NCBI GenBank assembly: GCA_043228905.1
Contig: JBHGNT010000002.1
Location: 16,244,001-16,308,000, forward strand
Length of the DNA: 64,000 nt
Direction: 5' to 3'
Source of the DNA: Azolla caroliniana
Lineage: Eukaryota; Plantae; Polypodiophyta
Shown: positions 37,764-51,087 of the stretch, piece after piece
Layout of the letters: the number at the start of each line of letters is the position of its first letter
Numbering within the stretch: position 1 is the stretch's first letter
Position numbers and translations under genes: made by a program
Notes under the pieces: model-generated
The model's input: the letters and a program-made list of their open reading frames with translations, nothing else
The model's database searches: none
Told to the model about the DNA's origin: nothing

Positions 37764-39576
37764 TGGTATGGATTGTCATCGCATCAAATTATGCCGATCA
37801 AGGACTCGAAACCAACTACGAAAATAATGAAGGAGAGTGAGTTCCTCGTGAAACTTTGGAAAATTCATGGGAAATCTATCTCTTCTAATGCACATGGATT
37901 AATTCGGAAGGGGGTGGTCAAGGTGGTGGTAATGGGGGTGGATTACGATCGTATGTACGTCTTCAACAGACGAAGAAGGTCACCCCCTCATACACTAAAC
38001 ATTATGGGGAGGTACAATCTATGGCAATTATTGTCAGTCCCTGCTGTCAATGTTCATAATTACATAAGCATATGATGACTAAAGGCCTCTTGGCAATAAG
38101 GTGACTATCAAAATCATGCATAATTACTGCTAACATGCACATAGACACACACACACACACACACACACATCACACAACACATGGACTGTTCCTTACATCC
38201 ATGCACACATCCCTTACACACCCCCTCTCGAAAACAATGTTTCAATTTGATGGCCATCTTGGCTAATATCGTGTACATTTCCTTTGTTTCCCATGTGATA
38301 ACTAAATAAGACAATAATTATAGGAAAGGCTACTACATTTTTAGAACACAAGATTTACATGGATTCTTCTTGAAACAATGTTTCCTGACAAATGCTAGAG
38401 GTGTGTATAATGACCCTCCCACAATTTTGTCATCATGTGGGAACTGCATACTTACTCTTCCTGGCTAAATTTTACATGCACGACATTATGGTACCAAGAT
38501 CATTGCGGCTCTTGTAAATTCCTTCATTGTCACTTAATAACATATGCCGAGGTCATTCATTAATAACAATGGCCTTGGCTTCCATAAATTATATCTGATT
38601 TTTTTGGTTCATTTGTTCTATTTCTGATTGTATTCTTGGTTTATATTCCGCAAATTTTGATAATATGCAAAACATCCTTCCTTTCTAGACATTCACATTC
38701 ATTTGCCAGGGTTACTTTTTGAATGTTTTATTAATGTGATTTATGTGCTATGTGTTTATAGAGGCTATATATACACGCAATTCATCTTCTTTAAGGCAGA
38801 GGTAATCGACGATTTATCAATAAACATGCATGTGTGGAATATGCTACCTTGCACTTTCGTGATAGGCAATGGGCATTAAAGAGCGGTTTGTCGCATGCAA
38901 TAATGTGGGAAATTTAAATTTCATCTGTTCCCAAGGACTCGATTGACAGTAATTACGGATTTAAAAACAAACACATTTGCAATTCAACAGTAATGAATGT
39001 TTTACTTGATTAGACCACCGACAATTATACAGAAGCAAATTCACAATCGCTTGTTTTATATACCCTTTTTCGTTATCGAGGATCAATATGCCAGATTCCA
39101 TTCTCCACCAGTTTTAGATTAGGGTTTGCATTTATTAAGAACAGAGTTTAGTTTCTAGCAAATCTTATACAACATGAATTTTGGCAAATCCGACCTGCTG
39201 ATTGGCCTCGTTAGCAAGCGTTCATCTACCACAGTTTATGCTACAAAGGATATATATGATTCAATTAGTTATGCTCAACTGTTCTGGATCAACGCCCTAA
39301 TAAACTTTCCCTTCGTACGCAAAGTTATAATAATGAACGTCAAGTGCAGGATTTGTAAACGTTGCTCGTTAACGACAGAAGGATAGAACTACATGAACTA
39401 TACGCTACCGGTTTAGACGAAAGATACTCATACTGGATATTCAAAACCCATCATTTCTCGATGAAATGAAAAATGTCTAAACTCGGGGACCAAATCTATA
39501 TACAGAATGCAGAGTTATTATCTTAACAATTTGCATCAAAAGGAAAGGGGTTATAATTGCAAAACAGGAATTGAAC

Positions 39577-39719
39577 AAATGTAGCGCCATGGATTGGGCA
39601 AATACCTTAAATATGAGTCAAGGCAGCTCACCTTACGACGCTAGAATTCAGTATACCTGCTAAAGATGATCAAGGAGAGAGATTCAAGGGAGGTAAAAGC
39701 CCTCAGCTACTCCTTGATT
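39577..39719 (-). ncRNA. Candidate H/ACA-type snoRNA (3' hairpin plus ACA box)
   Basis: Hairpin AGCGTCGT...ATGGCGCT followed by ACATTT. The pocket GGTG/CAATCC pairs with LSU rRNA GGAUUG-UU-CACC at 14 nt from ACA. A second hairpin lies upstream, but there is no clean ANANNA box. Confidence 0.45.
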
Positions 39720-40008
39720 ATGTAAAATCCAAACAGCAGGGCACAGCAAAAGATTCAACAAAACTGCAGGTTTGCATGCAACATATAACGGTTCAATAAT
39801 AAAGTTATGATAAAACGACAGCGGCAACGGCATACACACAAAGACACACACACCCCCATAGATTGACCTAGAGGAAAACATCAAACAGGGCGCACAAGAT
39901 ACAGCGAACCCCCATACTATCGTGAAGAATCAAGGCAGCTATTGACTCAGAGAGAAAAGAAAAGTACAAGAGAAAAGGCTTCACAACATGGACAGAAAGG
40001 CAAACAAT

Positions 40009-40122
40009 GGCGAGCTTCAGCCTGCAGATGAAGCGTTGTCGGCACAGTGTTAATTAAACAACTACTACGTCCCGAAAGATGGTTTGTTTTATGCAGAGTG
40101 TTTATCTCATCATCAGCCCGCC
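40009..40122 (-). ncRNA. snoR39BY: Box C/D snoRNA, snR39b/SNORD2/snoR39BY-like
   Basis: Terminal stem GGCGGGCT/AGCTCGCC, box C ATGATGA, and box D CTGA. The guide ACCATCTTTCGGG is complementary to LSU rRNA CCCGAAAGAUGGU, and the +5 rule points to the G equivalent to yeast Gm805. Confidence 0.8.
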
Positions 40123-40165
40123 CGCACAGACAGGGAAGGAACTCGTATATCTCTACCTCTTCAGA

Positions 40166-40193
40166 TTTATATACATTCTAGGGCTAGGGTTTC
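40166..40193 (-). promoter_or_regulatory. Telo-box plus TATA promoter of the snoRNA locus
   Basis: Minus strand reads AAACCCTAGCCCTAG-AATG-TATATAAA about 45 nt upstream of the snoRNA. Confidence 0.65.
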
Positions 40194-42090
40194 GGAATTA
40201 TATACATACATTATTACATAATACATTTCTGTACACGTGTTCACACACTGACTGCTGAAGGGCCAAACGTAGTAGTCGGTCACACATCTTCATAGTCTCG
40301 TGGACACCATCAACAAACACACCACACTAACTTGTCATCCCTTCTTCGTGCAGATAAAATGAAATAAATCGTTGAGTGCCTGAATTCACGATGCCCTCAA
40401 TACAATGGTGCAATTTCAAATGCTCAGAATACGTTTTCAATACATACGTTTGGCCCAGGTGCGTATGTTAGCCACCCGTGGATGTGGATGTCCCCAATTG
40501 GTTACCAAATGTTGCAATGGGGGGAACCACACCTTTCCAGGGGAGAGAGGGGGGTATGTTCTTCTTCTCATCAAATTGTGGGGGATGGTGGTGCAACATC
40601 AAGACTAGGATGTGGTTGGGTTGTGGAGGCATTTGTGGGCAGGGGAGTGGTAGTGGTGGTTTATTCCAAGTGTCAAAAAAGGGTGGGGTGGTCGAGGGAT
40701 GGCAAGGCAATCAAGACTTCAACGGGGTGGATCATCTGCGCTTGCCTTGACTCAATGCATAGCTCTACTCCTAGGTAAACAGAAGTCTCGTCCAAGGTTC
40801 CAATGACCATCTAATTTTCAACTTCCATATCACTCCTAACACTCGACCTTGATCTCCATGAAAACGTAACCACTTCATTTATGTCCAAAAAGTACAGAAA
40901 ACCATGCTAACCATTTGGAAATATGTGTGCTCCACTTGAAGGAGACACACTTCGACAAACTTCACGCACATTTCTACAAATGTGGTGTTGTGATCCCATA
41001 CTAACAAAAACATGCACATAAGTACATTGAGAACACTTCACATTTACACGTATACATGTAGCTTTATCCAAACCCACATTTGCACATTCACCCCCGCTCA
41101 AATACAACCATAAAACACACACAAATTCATGCTCATGTTTATAGCAAACACAAATGAACATTTGCACATATACACACATCACATTGCTTCAATTTCACAT
41201 AAAAACATATTTACTCACATAACACTTATGAATACACTAGTATGTTTCTGTGGAGACCGTTTATCAAATACAAGTGCATTATCCCTGTTACGAAGGCGCT
41301 ACGGCTCTTCTGTGTGCACAATGGATCGTGATGTGCTGGATCGTTCAGTGCTCAAGATAGAAAGGGGAAGGGGAAGGGGAAGGAGGCTTACCTCTGTACA
41401 ATCCAAAAAGCTTCTACTTCATTACACGCAGAGCTCAACTCACTCTCGTCTGTTTTTTGTTTTTCTGTTCTTACCACTCTCTACACTACTCTCACTCTTC
41501 TCTTTCTTCTTACTTTTCTACTTTTTTACCTAAGTTATAAGTGACTTATATATGCAGCTAATTATAGCTGTCAATAGCTAAATAGTTGTCAGTAGCTAAA
41601 TAGTTGTGCATAGCTAAATATCTGTTTCACCTTTATGTCCACTAGTAGCTAATTAGCTAATAGCTACTATAGCTTATTTCTGAATAAGCATCACATAGCT
41701 TTGTTGAGCTTGCTTCTCAACAATCCCGTGCACCGAGTGTGCATTTACAAGTGATGCCACAAAATCAATTGAAGAGGCCCAATTTAAGAACACTAAAATT
41801 CTTTGATCAATTGGTCGTTATGACATTGCACAAAAAAACTCATCAAGCTTCATCAAGCCCATGCTTCTTGGTGTTCCTTTGTGTTAGCATTATTCATAGA
41901 ATTCAGGATCTAAGAGGATGTTGGACAACTCCTAACGAACTCGACAATGGGAGAGTAGCAAAGGAAGGAGACAAGAGTATCACAAGGTACTCCTAGAGTT
42001 GGAATGTCATTTCACTTAACTCTCAATGTTGTGAAATCAAGGAAGTACAATGTGTTGCAACAATGTACGCCAAAACATAAACGATCTATA

Positions 42091-43410
42091 TGTAATTAAT
42101 GAGAGCAAGACGGAAGCACAATGGGAGGATGATCAATGAGAATGTGAGTGTGTGAGTGAGTAGTGAAACACAATGTAGGCACACATAATTATTCTCACTA
42201 TCATAAAAAACAAACTTTACAAGTATATGTATCTAAGGTACATTTTAGGGTTAACTTAACCTTTTTGGCTATCTACATAAATAGGCCATACAATATGTAT
42301 ATGTCCAGAAAATACATACACACTACGAGTTTAACATCTGGGGCAAAATCAAGCATTGTCGAGGGTAAACAAAGTTCTTGTTATAGAATAGAATATTAAG
42401 CAAGATGAAAGAGCGATTAGATATTAATCTAGATCACTAATCACATATCAATATAATCTCTACATAGAGCTCATAGGTAATGCTCTTCTATATATAATCC
42501 AAAATGATTGAGATACATGAGTTTATGGCCCACTAGATGATGAGATGCATGCATACTATTTACATCATGAAGTCATGTTAACTAAAGCTTAAGACTAAGA
42601 TAGGTATAATATGATTCATTACATGCATGAGTTCATAACACTCCCCCTCATCTCATCATCATTGTTTTAGCTCATTAGCTCTAATATTCTTCCGAGTCCA
42701 AGAGAAGGAATGTTCAACCAATGTTTTGATGTAGGTAAGCTTTTGGTAAAAATATCTCAGCATGATTTGAAGATGTTGCAACTAATGTTTGCTTTGTCAA
42801 TCGCCAAGAGATTGTTGTGCCACCAACAAGGAAAACATATCCTGTTTTTGATTTGTCAACATGAGGGTCATATAAGAACCCTGCGTTAGAATAACTTATC
42901 AATTGACTGTGCATAGAACCGTTGGTAAAGAAAAGACCCATATCTTTAGTGCCTCGTAATTATCAAAAAATTTGCTTAATTCCAGTCCAGTGTCGCATGG
43001 TAGGATCGTGACTATACCGAGCCAGCAAATTGATAGCGAACGAAATGTCCGGACGTGTACAATTGGCCAAGTACATAAGTGCACCAACAACAACCATGTA
43101 AGGATACTATGGTCCCAATGTTGGCTCATTAGAAGATCTTGGCTGAAATGGGTCACGAGATGGATCTAGAGAGCGCACTAACATAGGAGTTCTAATAGAA
43201 TGAGCTTGATCCATAGAAAACTGTTGTAATATTTTATGGATATAAGAGGTATGATGAAGAAGAATTCCATTAGATAGGTGCTCGATCTGAAGACCCAAGT
43301 AGAATGTAGTTAAACCGAGGTCTTTCATTTCAAATTGGCAGCGAAGCATAGCAACAACATCGTCAATAGCATTGGATGTTCCAATAATATTGGGATCATC
43401 AACATAATAG
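42091..43410 (-). mobile_element. Copia RT/RNase H fragment with PPT and 3' LTR
   Basis: YVDD...FEMKDLG and GYVFLVGGTTISW, PPT at 42641-42648, and LTR start at 42640. The left boundary is uncertain. Confidence 0.8.
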
Positions 43411-43686
43411 AGCTGCTGACGTTTAGATGCCTTATTCGGTGTGGTTTCCGGCCAAGTCCTATTTTTTAGCTTGATGGCGTGTGTTGGGGGTACCAATAAT
43501 GTTAGCCATTGGGGTAACCCACACCATGCCTTCTTCTCTTCCACAACGGATGCGATGCCTGCTCGTAGAGAGTTGGCTATAATTACTGACCAATCCACCT
43601 TGAGGCCTTTGAATGTTGCTATGATAAATCCGACCCGATTCTTTGGCATGGCCAGTGGTCTACTATGCCCAAATTCGTATTCTAAT

Positions 43687-46600
43687 TGTAAAAGTGAAGG
43701 TGCGGAAGCATTAGACAACCGGCTTAGCCGGATAGCAACAGAGAGAGAGAGAGAGAGGGAGATTAACACACAGAAGGTACGTAGGAGAGACAGAGAAAGA
43801 TCAGAACAACTTAAATATATTATCAACAACTCTGTAAAATTCTTTGTACATACAATGTGCTCAACAACACTATTTATACAAGTCCTAAGAGGACTAACAA
43901 AAGTACAATGTACTTCAATTCTCACACGAGCGTTTGACACTAACTACGAGACATTACCTACCTAGTAGTCTAGGCTGCTACTAGGCTTCCGGTTACTGCT
44001 TGATCCGGCTAACCGGCTCCCCAGCTCACCGACTCACTTGCTCACTGGCTTGCTTGCTCACCGGCTCATCCTTCCGAATGCCGATCCGGCTTAGGCTTAT
44101 TCAGCCGATCCGGATCCGGTTGAGCTTGTTGCTTAACACTCCCCCTCAAGCTCAACTTGAGGTCAGATCGTAGTGTTAGTTTCCATGGCAGCCGGTCCTT
44201 CCACCCGGCCCCTTTTGGTGTCACTTTGCCTCACTCGCGCTCCTCGTCCGGTCCAGTCCCATTTGCCGAGACCCTTCTGATTCTGCGCACCTCGACCTCC
44301 TCGATCGGCTTGTCTGCTCAACAGGCCACTGTTGGCTGCTTTTTGCTGCTCCACGCAACAGCCACGCTACCAAGGGAAAACATATAGCCGGAGGTGGATC
44401 GACGATCCGATGCATCACCGGCCTAGTCAGGATTTGTATATCCGACTAGTTCTTCGGTTATACCATGCCGGTATAACAGTCCCCGGTCCTTCGTGCCACT
44501 CACATACCGGAGTATCTGGTGTGCGCATTGAAGGTGCTCAACGGTCGGCTTCTACATGAACTGGCTGATCACTCCGACCGGGTAACTGAGGTCGGGTCGA
44601 GTGATTGTCAAGTATATCATGCTTCTGACGATTTGTCGGAACCGTTTCTCATCGCAGGCCGGTCCGGAGTTGGGACAACACTCCGACCGGGTAACTGAGG
44701 TCGGGTCGAGTGATTGTCAAGTATATCATGCTTCCGACGATTTGTCGGAACCGTTTCTCATCGCAGGCCGGTCCGGAGTTGGGACAAAGCTTCTAGTTCC
44801 GGTCCAGGGGTGCGGAGACAGGTGGGCACTCTATCATACTGAACTTGTACAACATATTCAACACATAGTGTTGTTGTGAGAGCAATATGCCTTCGGAGGT
44901 TCGGATCACCTCGATCCCAAGAAAATATGAAGGTCCCCCAGGTCCTTCATCTCAAATGCGTCTGACAGCTGGGACTTTACTCGGCCGATTTCATTGAGTC
45001 CGGGTCCGGTGATGACTAAATCATCAACATAAAGTAGGATGTAAACCGGACCGTCTAGACCTTGCCGGATGAACAATGACGAGTCGGATTTAGAGGTCAC
45101 AAACCCTATCTTACGCAATTGGTGCGTGATCTTCGCATTCCAAGCTTGGGGGGCTTGCTTCAGACCGTAAAGCGACTTCTTGAGTCGGCACACCGCCAAC
45201 TTGTTCATCTCCGACTGAAAATCGGGAGGTTGGACCATATAGACCCGTTCTTCAAGGTCACCTTGAAGAAACACATTCTTCACGTCCATCTGGTGAAGAT
45301 ACCACCCCCTTGCCGCAACAATTGCCAGTACCACACGAACCGTCGTCATCTTTGCTACCGGGGCAAAGGTCTCATCGTAATCGATTCCTTGGGTCTGTGC
45401 GTATCCCTTCGTCACTAACCGGGCCTTGTACTGGTTAACTGAACCGTCGACATTGTACTTTACCTTGTACACCCATTTGCAACCGATCGGTTTGCAGTGT
45501 CGGGGAGGGTCAACGAGGTTCCATGTGTCGTTGGCATCCAGTGCCTGCATTTCTTCCTCCATAGCGGCACACCAATTTGCGTCCTTTGCCGCTTTTGCGT
45601 AGCTCTTCGGCTCACGCACTTGCACCACCTTAGTCATGAACGCATAATGATGCGCCATGTACTCATTGTACCTGTACCGCTTAACAGGGTTCTTCATGCG
45701 GGAAGATAGGCATAACTTAGTATTACCCGGTTTGGGGCCCTTCTTGGCCAGGTCGGATTTCGTTCCCGAAGATCCGCCTTCAACCTTTCCTTAGTCGGAT
45801 TCGCTCCGATCCGACTCAACGTTGCCGGTTTCGTATTCTGGCATCTTCCTCTTCCCCTTTTCCTTGCGCATGAACCGTCTCCTCGGTTCCTTGTACGGGG
45901 GGAACACGGCAGAGTCTCCACTACTCACCGGTTCATCTTCCGATTGGTCTATCTGACCCAGTCGCTCATTTGGCCCGCTCAACCGAAACGATTCCGGACT
46001 CACATCTAGAGTCTCGAACCCTTCGTCTTCTAACTGGACCGGTTTAGGCTCACTAGCCTCATCCTTCGGTATCGGGTCGAGGTCGGAAGTTGGAGTTGGT
46101 AAGGCATACCATGATGCCGTCTCATCAAACTCAACATCATGGCTAACTCAGACTTGCTTCATCCGGGGGTTATAACACTTATACCCCTTTGGCTCATGCG
46201 AGTAACCGACCAGGATGCATTTCTCCGACTTTGCATCCAACTTCCTTCGCTTCTCATCCGACATATGCACATATGCAATGCTACTGAATAACCGAAGGTG
46301 TTTCAAATTCGGCTTGCACCCGAAATACAGCTCGCAGACACCTTGTCACCGATCCGGTTTTGGATATAGATGGCTGTCCGGACCGCCTCAGCCTAGTAGA
46401 ATTTGGGCATGCTGTTCTCCTCCTGCATCGCCCTTGCCGTGTTGATAATCGACCGGTTCTTCCTCTTGGCCACAATGTTTTGCTCTGGGGTCTATCTACA
46501 GCTGAACTCTCTCCGAATTCTTTTTTGCTATAGATAACTATTGAATTGGCCGGAAAAGTATTCTTTTCTGCCATCCGACCGCAGGCACTTGATCTTCCTC

Positions 46601-48882
46601 TTTGTTTCCCGTTCAACCAGGCTTTGTAGGTTCTGGAAACACTTGAAGACTTCACTCTTTCGCTCAATGAGGTAGATCCATGTGTGCTGGCTGTAGTCGT
46701 CAATGAAGGAGACGAAGTATTGACTCCCGCTAAGACTAACGTTCTATGCCGGTCCCCATACATCCGAATGAATAAGGTCGAGCTTGTTACGGCTACGGTT
46801 TCCTTCGGTGGGGAATGGAAGCCGGTGGTGCTTCCCAAGTTGGCAGGCTTCACAAATTTGAACCTTCCGGCCACTGAACTTCGGCAAACCGAAAACAACT
46901 TGTCCATTGCAGGTCTTGAAGCCTCCGGTAATTGACGTGGCCGATCCACTTGTGTTAGAGATCAATATCCGATTCAATCTTCTGTCCTTTGGTGAACAAA
47001 GTGGTGCTGACGTCATTGGTGTTGAGGATGAACATCCTCCCATCTCTGCGCCCTTGCGCAATAACCTGGCCCTCTTCCTCGATGAAGCACCCAAGGTGCG
47101 TAAACCGCACCTGCATCCCCTGGTCAACGATCTGACCGACTGACACCAGGTTATTCGTGATAGTCGGAACGTGTAATACGTTCATAAGCTTCCCCCTCTG
47201 TCCAACATTGCTCAAAGGGACTTCTCCGACATGCACGATTGGGTGAGGAGTGTCCTCTCCGGTTTCGATGACTCCCGGTTGTTCCGGTTTCTCCAAGAAA
47301 GAGAACCACTCTTTATGGCTCGTCATGTGATATGACGCACCGGAATCAACATACCACACTTCCTCTGATTTGGAAGTGGTCTTCTTCATCGAGTTAGCTT
47401 CGTGTTTCATCACCAAGGCTGGCCCTTTACCAACTTTTCTGGTTTTTGGATCCTCCCGATCCTTCTGTGTAGTGCGAGTATTGTCGGTTCTCTTTTCCGG
47501 CCTTGCCGGATCCGGATCTGTCCGAATCAGTGCGCTTCTTCAAGCATTCACTTTCTCTCTAGCCCTTTTTACCACAATACTAGCATTCTGTGTCGGCCTT
47601 TGCTTGCCGGCCTCCGGCACCTCCTTGACTCCCCATGCTTGTGGAGGGTTCGGAACTGTTGTCGGCTCGTTCTCTATGCCTTCGGTCCTGCTCTTGCCGG
47701 CCACTACCATTGCGAGCCGACCCGCCTCGTCCACCCCACCCACGGGGCTGATCCGCTTCCGTATACATCATCCGGCTGTCGGTGGGTGCACTTGTTGATG
47801 CACTGGCGTGGTTCTCCTCTACAAGGAGCATTGACTGTAAGTCGAAAAATGACGACGTATGCTCCCTTATACATACCGCCATTTGGAACGCTCTGAACTT
47901 AGACGCTAGGCCCCCAAGATAGATCTGCACCATCTCATCTTCCTCTACAGTGACGTTGATAGAGGCAAGTGAGTCACAGATCTCTTTGATTTGGGCCGTG
48001 TAATCGGCTACCGACATGTCCTTCTGTCGGACATTGCTCAACTCCTATCGAAGTTGCAACTTCCGGGTCGTGAAAACCTTTTTTCAGGTTTCCCCAAGCT
48101 TCTTTTGGTGTCTTGCCATCTCGGACATGGCTTAGCAACTGGTCTCCGACACTTGTTCCCACACTGGGAAGTCCTTGTGTGTCGCATCAGGTGCTGTGTC
48201 GTTAGCTCTATCGACATAGCTCCAGTAACCATGCCCAAGCAGGTACTGGTGCATCTTGTATGACCAAGATGCGTAGTTGGATCTGTCGAGCTTCTCCACC
48301 GGGAGCGATCTAGCCATTCCTCTGTCCATCACTTCTCTTTATGTTCTTACCGGGTCTTAGGGTTTGTCTTCAGATGTTGATGTCGGCTGCAGAGGTTCTC
48401 AACCTTCGCGCTTTGATACAATGTAAAAACGAAGGTGTGGAAGCGTTAGACAACCGGCTTAGCCGGATAGCATTAGAGAGAGAGGGGGGGAGATTAACAC
48501 ACAGAAGGTACGCAAGAGAGATAGAGAAAGAGCAGAACAACCTAAATCTATTATCAACAACTCTGTAAAATTCTCTATACATACAACGTGCTCAACAACA
48601 CTATTTATACAAGTCCTAAGAGGACTGGCAGAAGTACCGTGTATTTCAATGCTCACATGAGCGTCTGACACTAACTACGAGACATTACCTACCTAGTAGT
48701 CTAGGCTGCTACTAGGCTTTTGGTTACTGCTTGATCCGGCTAACCAGCTCCCCAGCTCACTGGCTCCCCAACTCACCGGCTCGCTTGCTCACCGACTCCT
48801 CGATCCGACTCATCCTTCCGAATGCCAATCTGGCTTAGGCTTATTCAGCCGATCCGGATCCTGTTGAGCTTGCCGCTCAACA
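43687..48882 (-). mobile_element. Full-length Ty1/copia element (degenerate), TSD CTAAT; same family as 1-2767
   Basis: LTRs 48422-48882 and 43687-44138, mutated PBS(iMet) 48410-48421, and PPT 44139-44146. Domains: gag MARSLPVEKL, PR WYVDSGAS, INT, and RT LLYVDDLVI. A 109-bp duplication starts at 44570 and 44679. Confidence 0.95.
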
Positions 48883-50126
48883 CTAATAAAACGTGAGCCA
48901 CCTCCCTGAACAAGGGATTCTCGCCGTCTTGTGTTCGGTATGCTTTGCTGGCGATGGAGTACTCCCCCAAGTATTCAATCAGGATTTCTATGGAGGGGTT
49001 CTTGATGGAATACAGTCCCCCAGCAGGTAACCCAATGAGGGCTTGGATGGTGCCTTTGGAGATCTCATCGAGGTCAATCTTTTCTGCGATCTTCTCCGGT
49101 TCTTCGTGTGGTGGCATATCCGCTCCCAGGAGAAATCCTTCCAACCCATATTTGCTGAACCAATCGCTGGTGTGGTCAAGAGTGCCATCGGAAGCCTGTG
49201 CGCTTCGTTGTGCTCTCAAAAGCCTTCTCTCATGAAATGACAATCCTTCGTTTTTTCAAAAGTTTTGTATCCCCATTTCTGTTAGCTGCCACTTCTTGAA
49301 TCTTGCGTATGCATGTCGTGTACCATAATAGTATGATTGTGCCGCGTGGTGCACTTTAAATAGCTGTCATCACGTCTTTTCATGGTGGTCGTTCATAATA
49401 TCTTATAGTATCTTTTTTTTTCCCCCTCTCTCATACGGCCTGAAATACCGAGCTGTACTAGGTGCCGTTAAGTTAGTCTTTAGCGCTCGACTACACTGGC
49501 TCCGTTATGGCCGGAAGTTCATCGGTTTCCCCTTATGTTTCCGGAACCTGTTGTTCCTCCGGTTGTTTGAATGGGTTCTCCGGCATCGGGCCTTTGTATG
49601 GTTTTAGCTGGAAACCATTTATCCATTTGTCCCACACCTCGCCTGCTAGCGTGCCCAGTTGGTAAGATCCCTTGAATTCTCTTGTAATCCAGAACGGTCC
49701 GGTCCACTTAAACCGCAACTTTCTCGGCATGCTGCCCATCTGGGTCTGGAACACTAACACCGACTTGCCAATGTCAAAGTCCTTCTCGTTGTCGCGCCTA
49801 TGTCGGTCCACAAAAGCTTTTCATCTGCATTGTTCGAGCTCTAGCTGCAACACACTAGCTATCCAGTGTTCCTCTCGTTCACACGAAGTTGCCAACCGGA
49901 ATTTTTCGGATGCCTTCTCACTTAACCGCTCTCGGACCTGTATCCGTAAACAAGGAATTTGGAACTCCATAGGCTTGACCACTTCCAATCCGAATGCCAA
50001 TCGGAACGGTGTTGTCTGGATACTCATTTTATACGCCGTCTGATAAGTCCATAATGCGCTGTGTAATTTGGTGTCCCAGTCCGTCCAGTTTTCATTTACG
50101 ATTTTCCGGAGAATGTTATGGAGCGT

Positions 50127-50559
50127 TGTCGCGAATTTTGGCATGGATGTGTAGAAATAGGACAGGACCACCGGGGTCTCGAACCAAGGAGTTGGAATAG
50201 GTGGGAAGGGAGGACCGTGTCACTGTCCGGATAGCTATGCCGGTTCAGTCCCCGATCGCGTATCGGATACGGAACGGTACCCAGATCAATACGGAGCAAC
50301 TCACCGGCCTGAGGGAGTGTATCTCCCCAGTCAGGATGTCGGGGAGTAGCGGAAAGTGCACAAGCTCGCGGACTCGTACGTGCACGCAACAGATTCAAGA
50401 TGGGAATAAGACACAAGCTTAGAGCATGGCAACCACACGTCAAGTAGGAGCCATGTAGAAACCCCAACAAAGGGTACTTAACAAACTAATGATTAATAGA
50501 GAATCCAAAGAGTACAACCGGGCGCGGCCGGGCAACAACGTTTAGTGCTCTCAAGAGAG

Positions 50560-50619
<60 letters not shown>

Positions 50620-51087
50620 AGGGAGACAGGACAAACAATCTCTAGTCGGGAGCACAAGGGTTGCCAACGCGAACAAAGACTTCCTCTCCTTGTTCGAAAC
50701 GGTGCAAAGCACAAGACCGGAAGAGAGAGAGAGGTAGAGAACTCGGTGCTCAATCCGACAACACTTCATCCTCCTTATTCCTGCCTTCCTTTTCTCGGTC
50801 TCTCTCCCTCATTTAATAGCTCAAGGAGAGCAAGAGTTGTTACATCAGGTAGTTAACTCAGTCACTTCTGACAGAGATTTTCCTCAATTCCCTCACGTCA
50901 AACTCCCCCCATTCCTCTCTATCCGTGCGGATCTTTAAAGTGCCCATTAAACCCTACTACCTAGTAATTACCAGTCCTATGTTATTACATGTTTCACACA
51001 TAAAGGCTAAACTCTGTACATCTGTGTAGGCACCCATTCCCGCGCATCTCACTCCATTTCCATCTGTGGCCGGAATCCTTCACGACA
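50127..51087 (-). mobile_element. Solo LTR of the tRNA-Trp gypsy group, 4-bp TSD gcgt/acgt
   Basis: Its reverse complement matches the ends of LTR 28940-29870. It splits the integrase peptide STNKT|LHNIL and contains a (CA)n tract at about 50563-50613. Confidence 0.9.

Noticed and set aside
38825-38900. U17/snR30-like m1 (ATATTCC) and m2 (AAACC) motifs in a hairpin on the minus strand
   Set aside because: The motifs are in reverse order compared with U17, and no ACA box follows.
39110-39360. Telomerase RNA (AAACCCTAA near a long stem)
   Set aside because: I saw no USE/TATA Pol III promoter or conserved TR regions, and single telo-boxes are common.
40400-41722. Short ORFs and a possible solo LTR at about 41248-41722
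   Set aside because: No recognisable domain and no TSD; probably decayed TE sequence.
43107-43940. 277-aa ORF as a novel gene
   Set aside because: It is a chance fusion of copia LTR, gypsy accessory ORF and copia RT across junctions.
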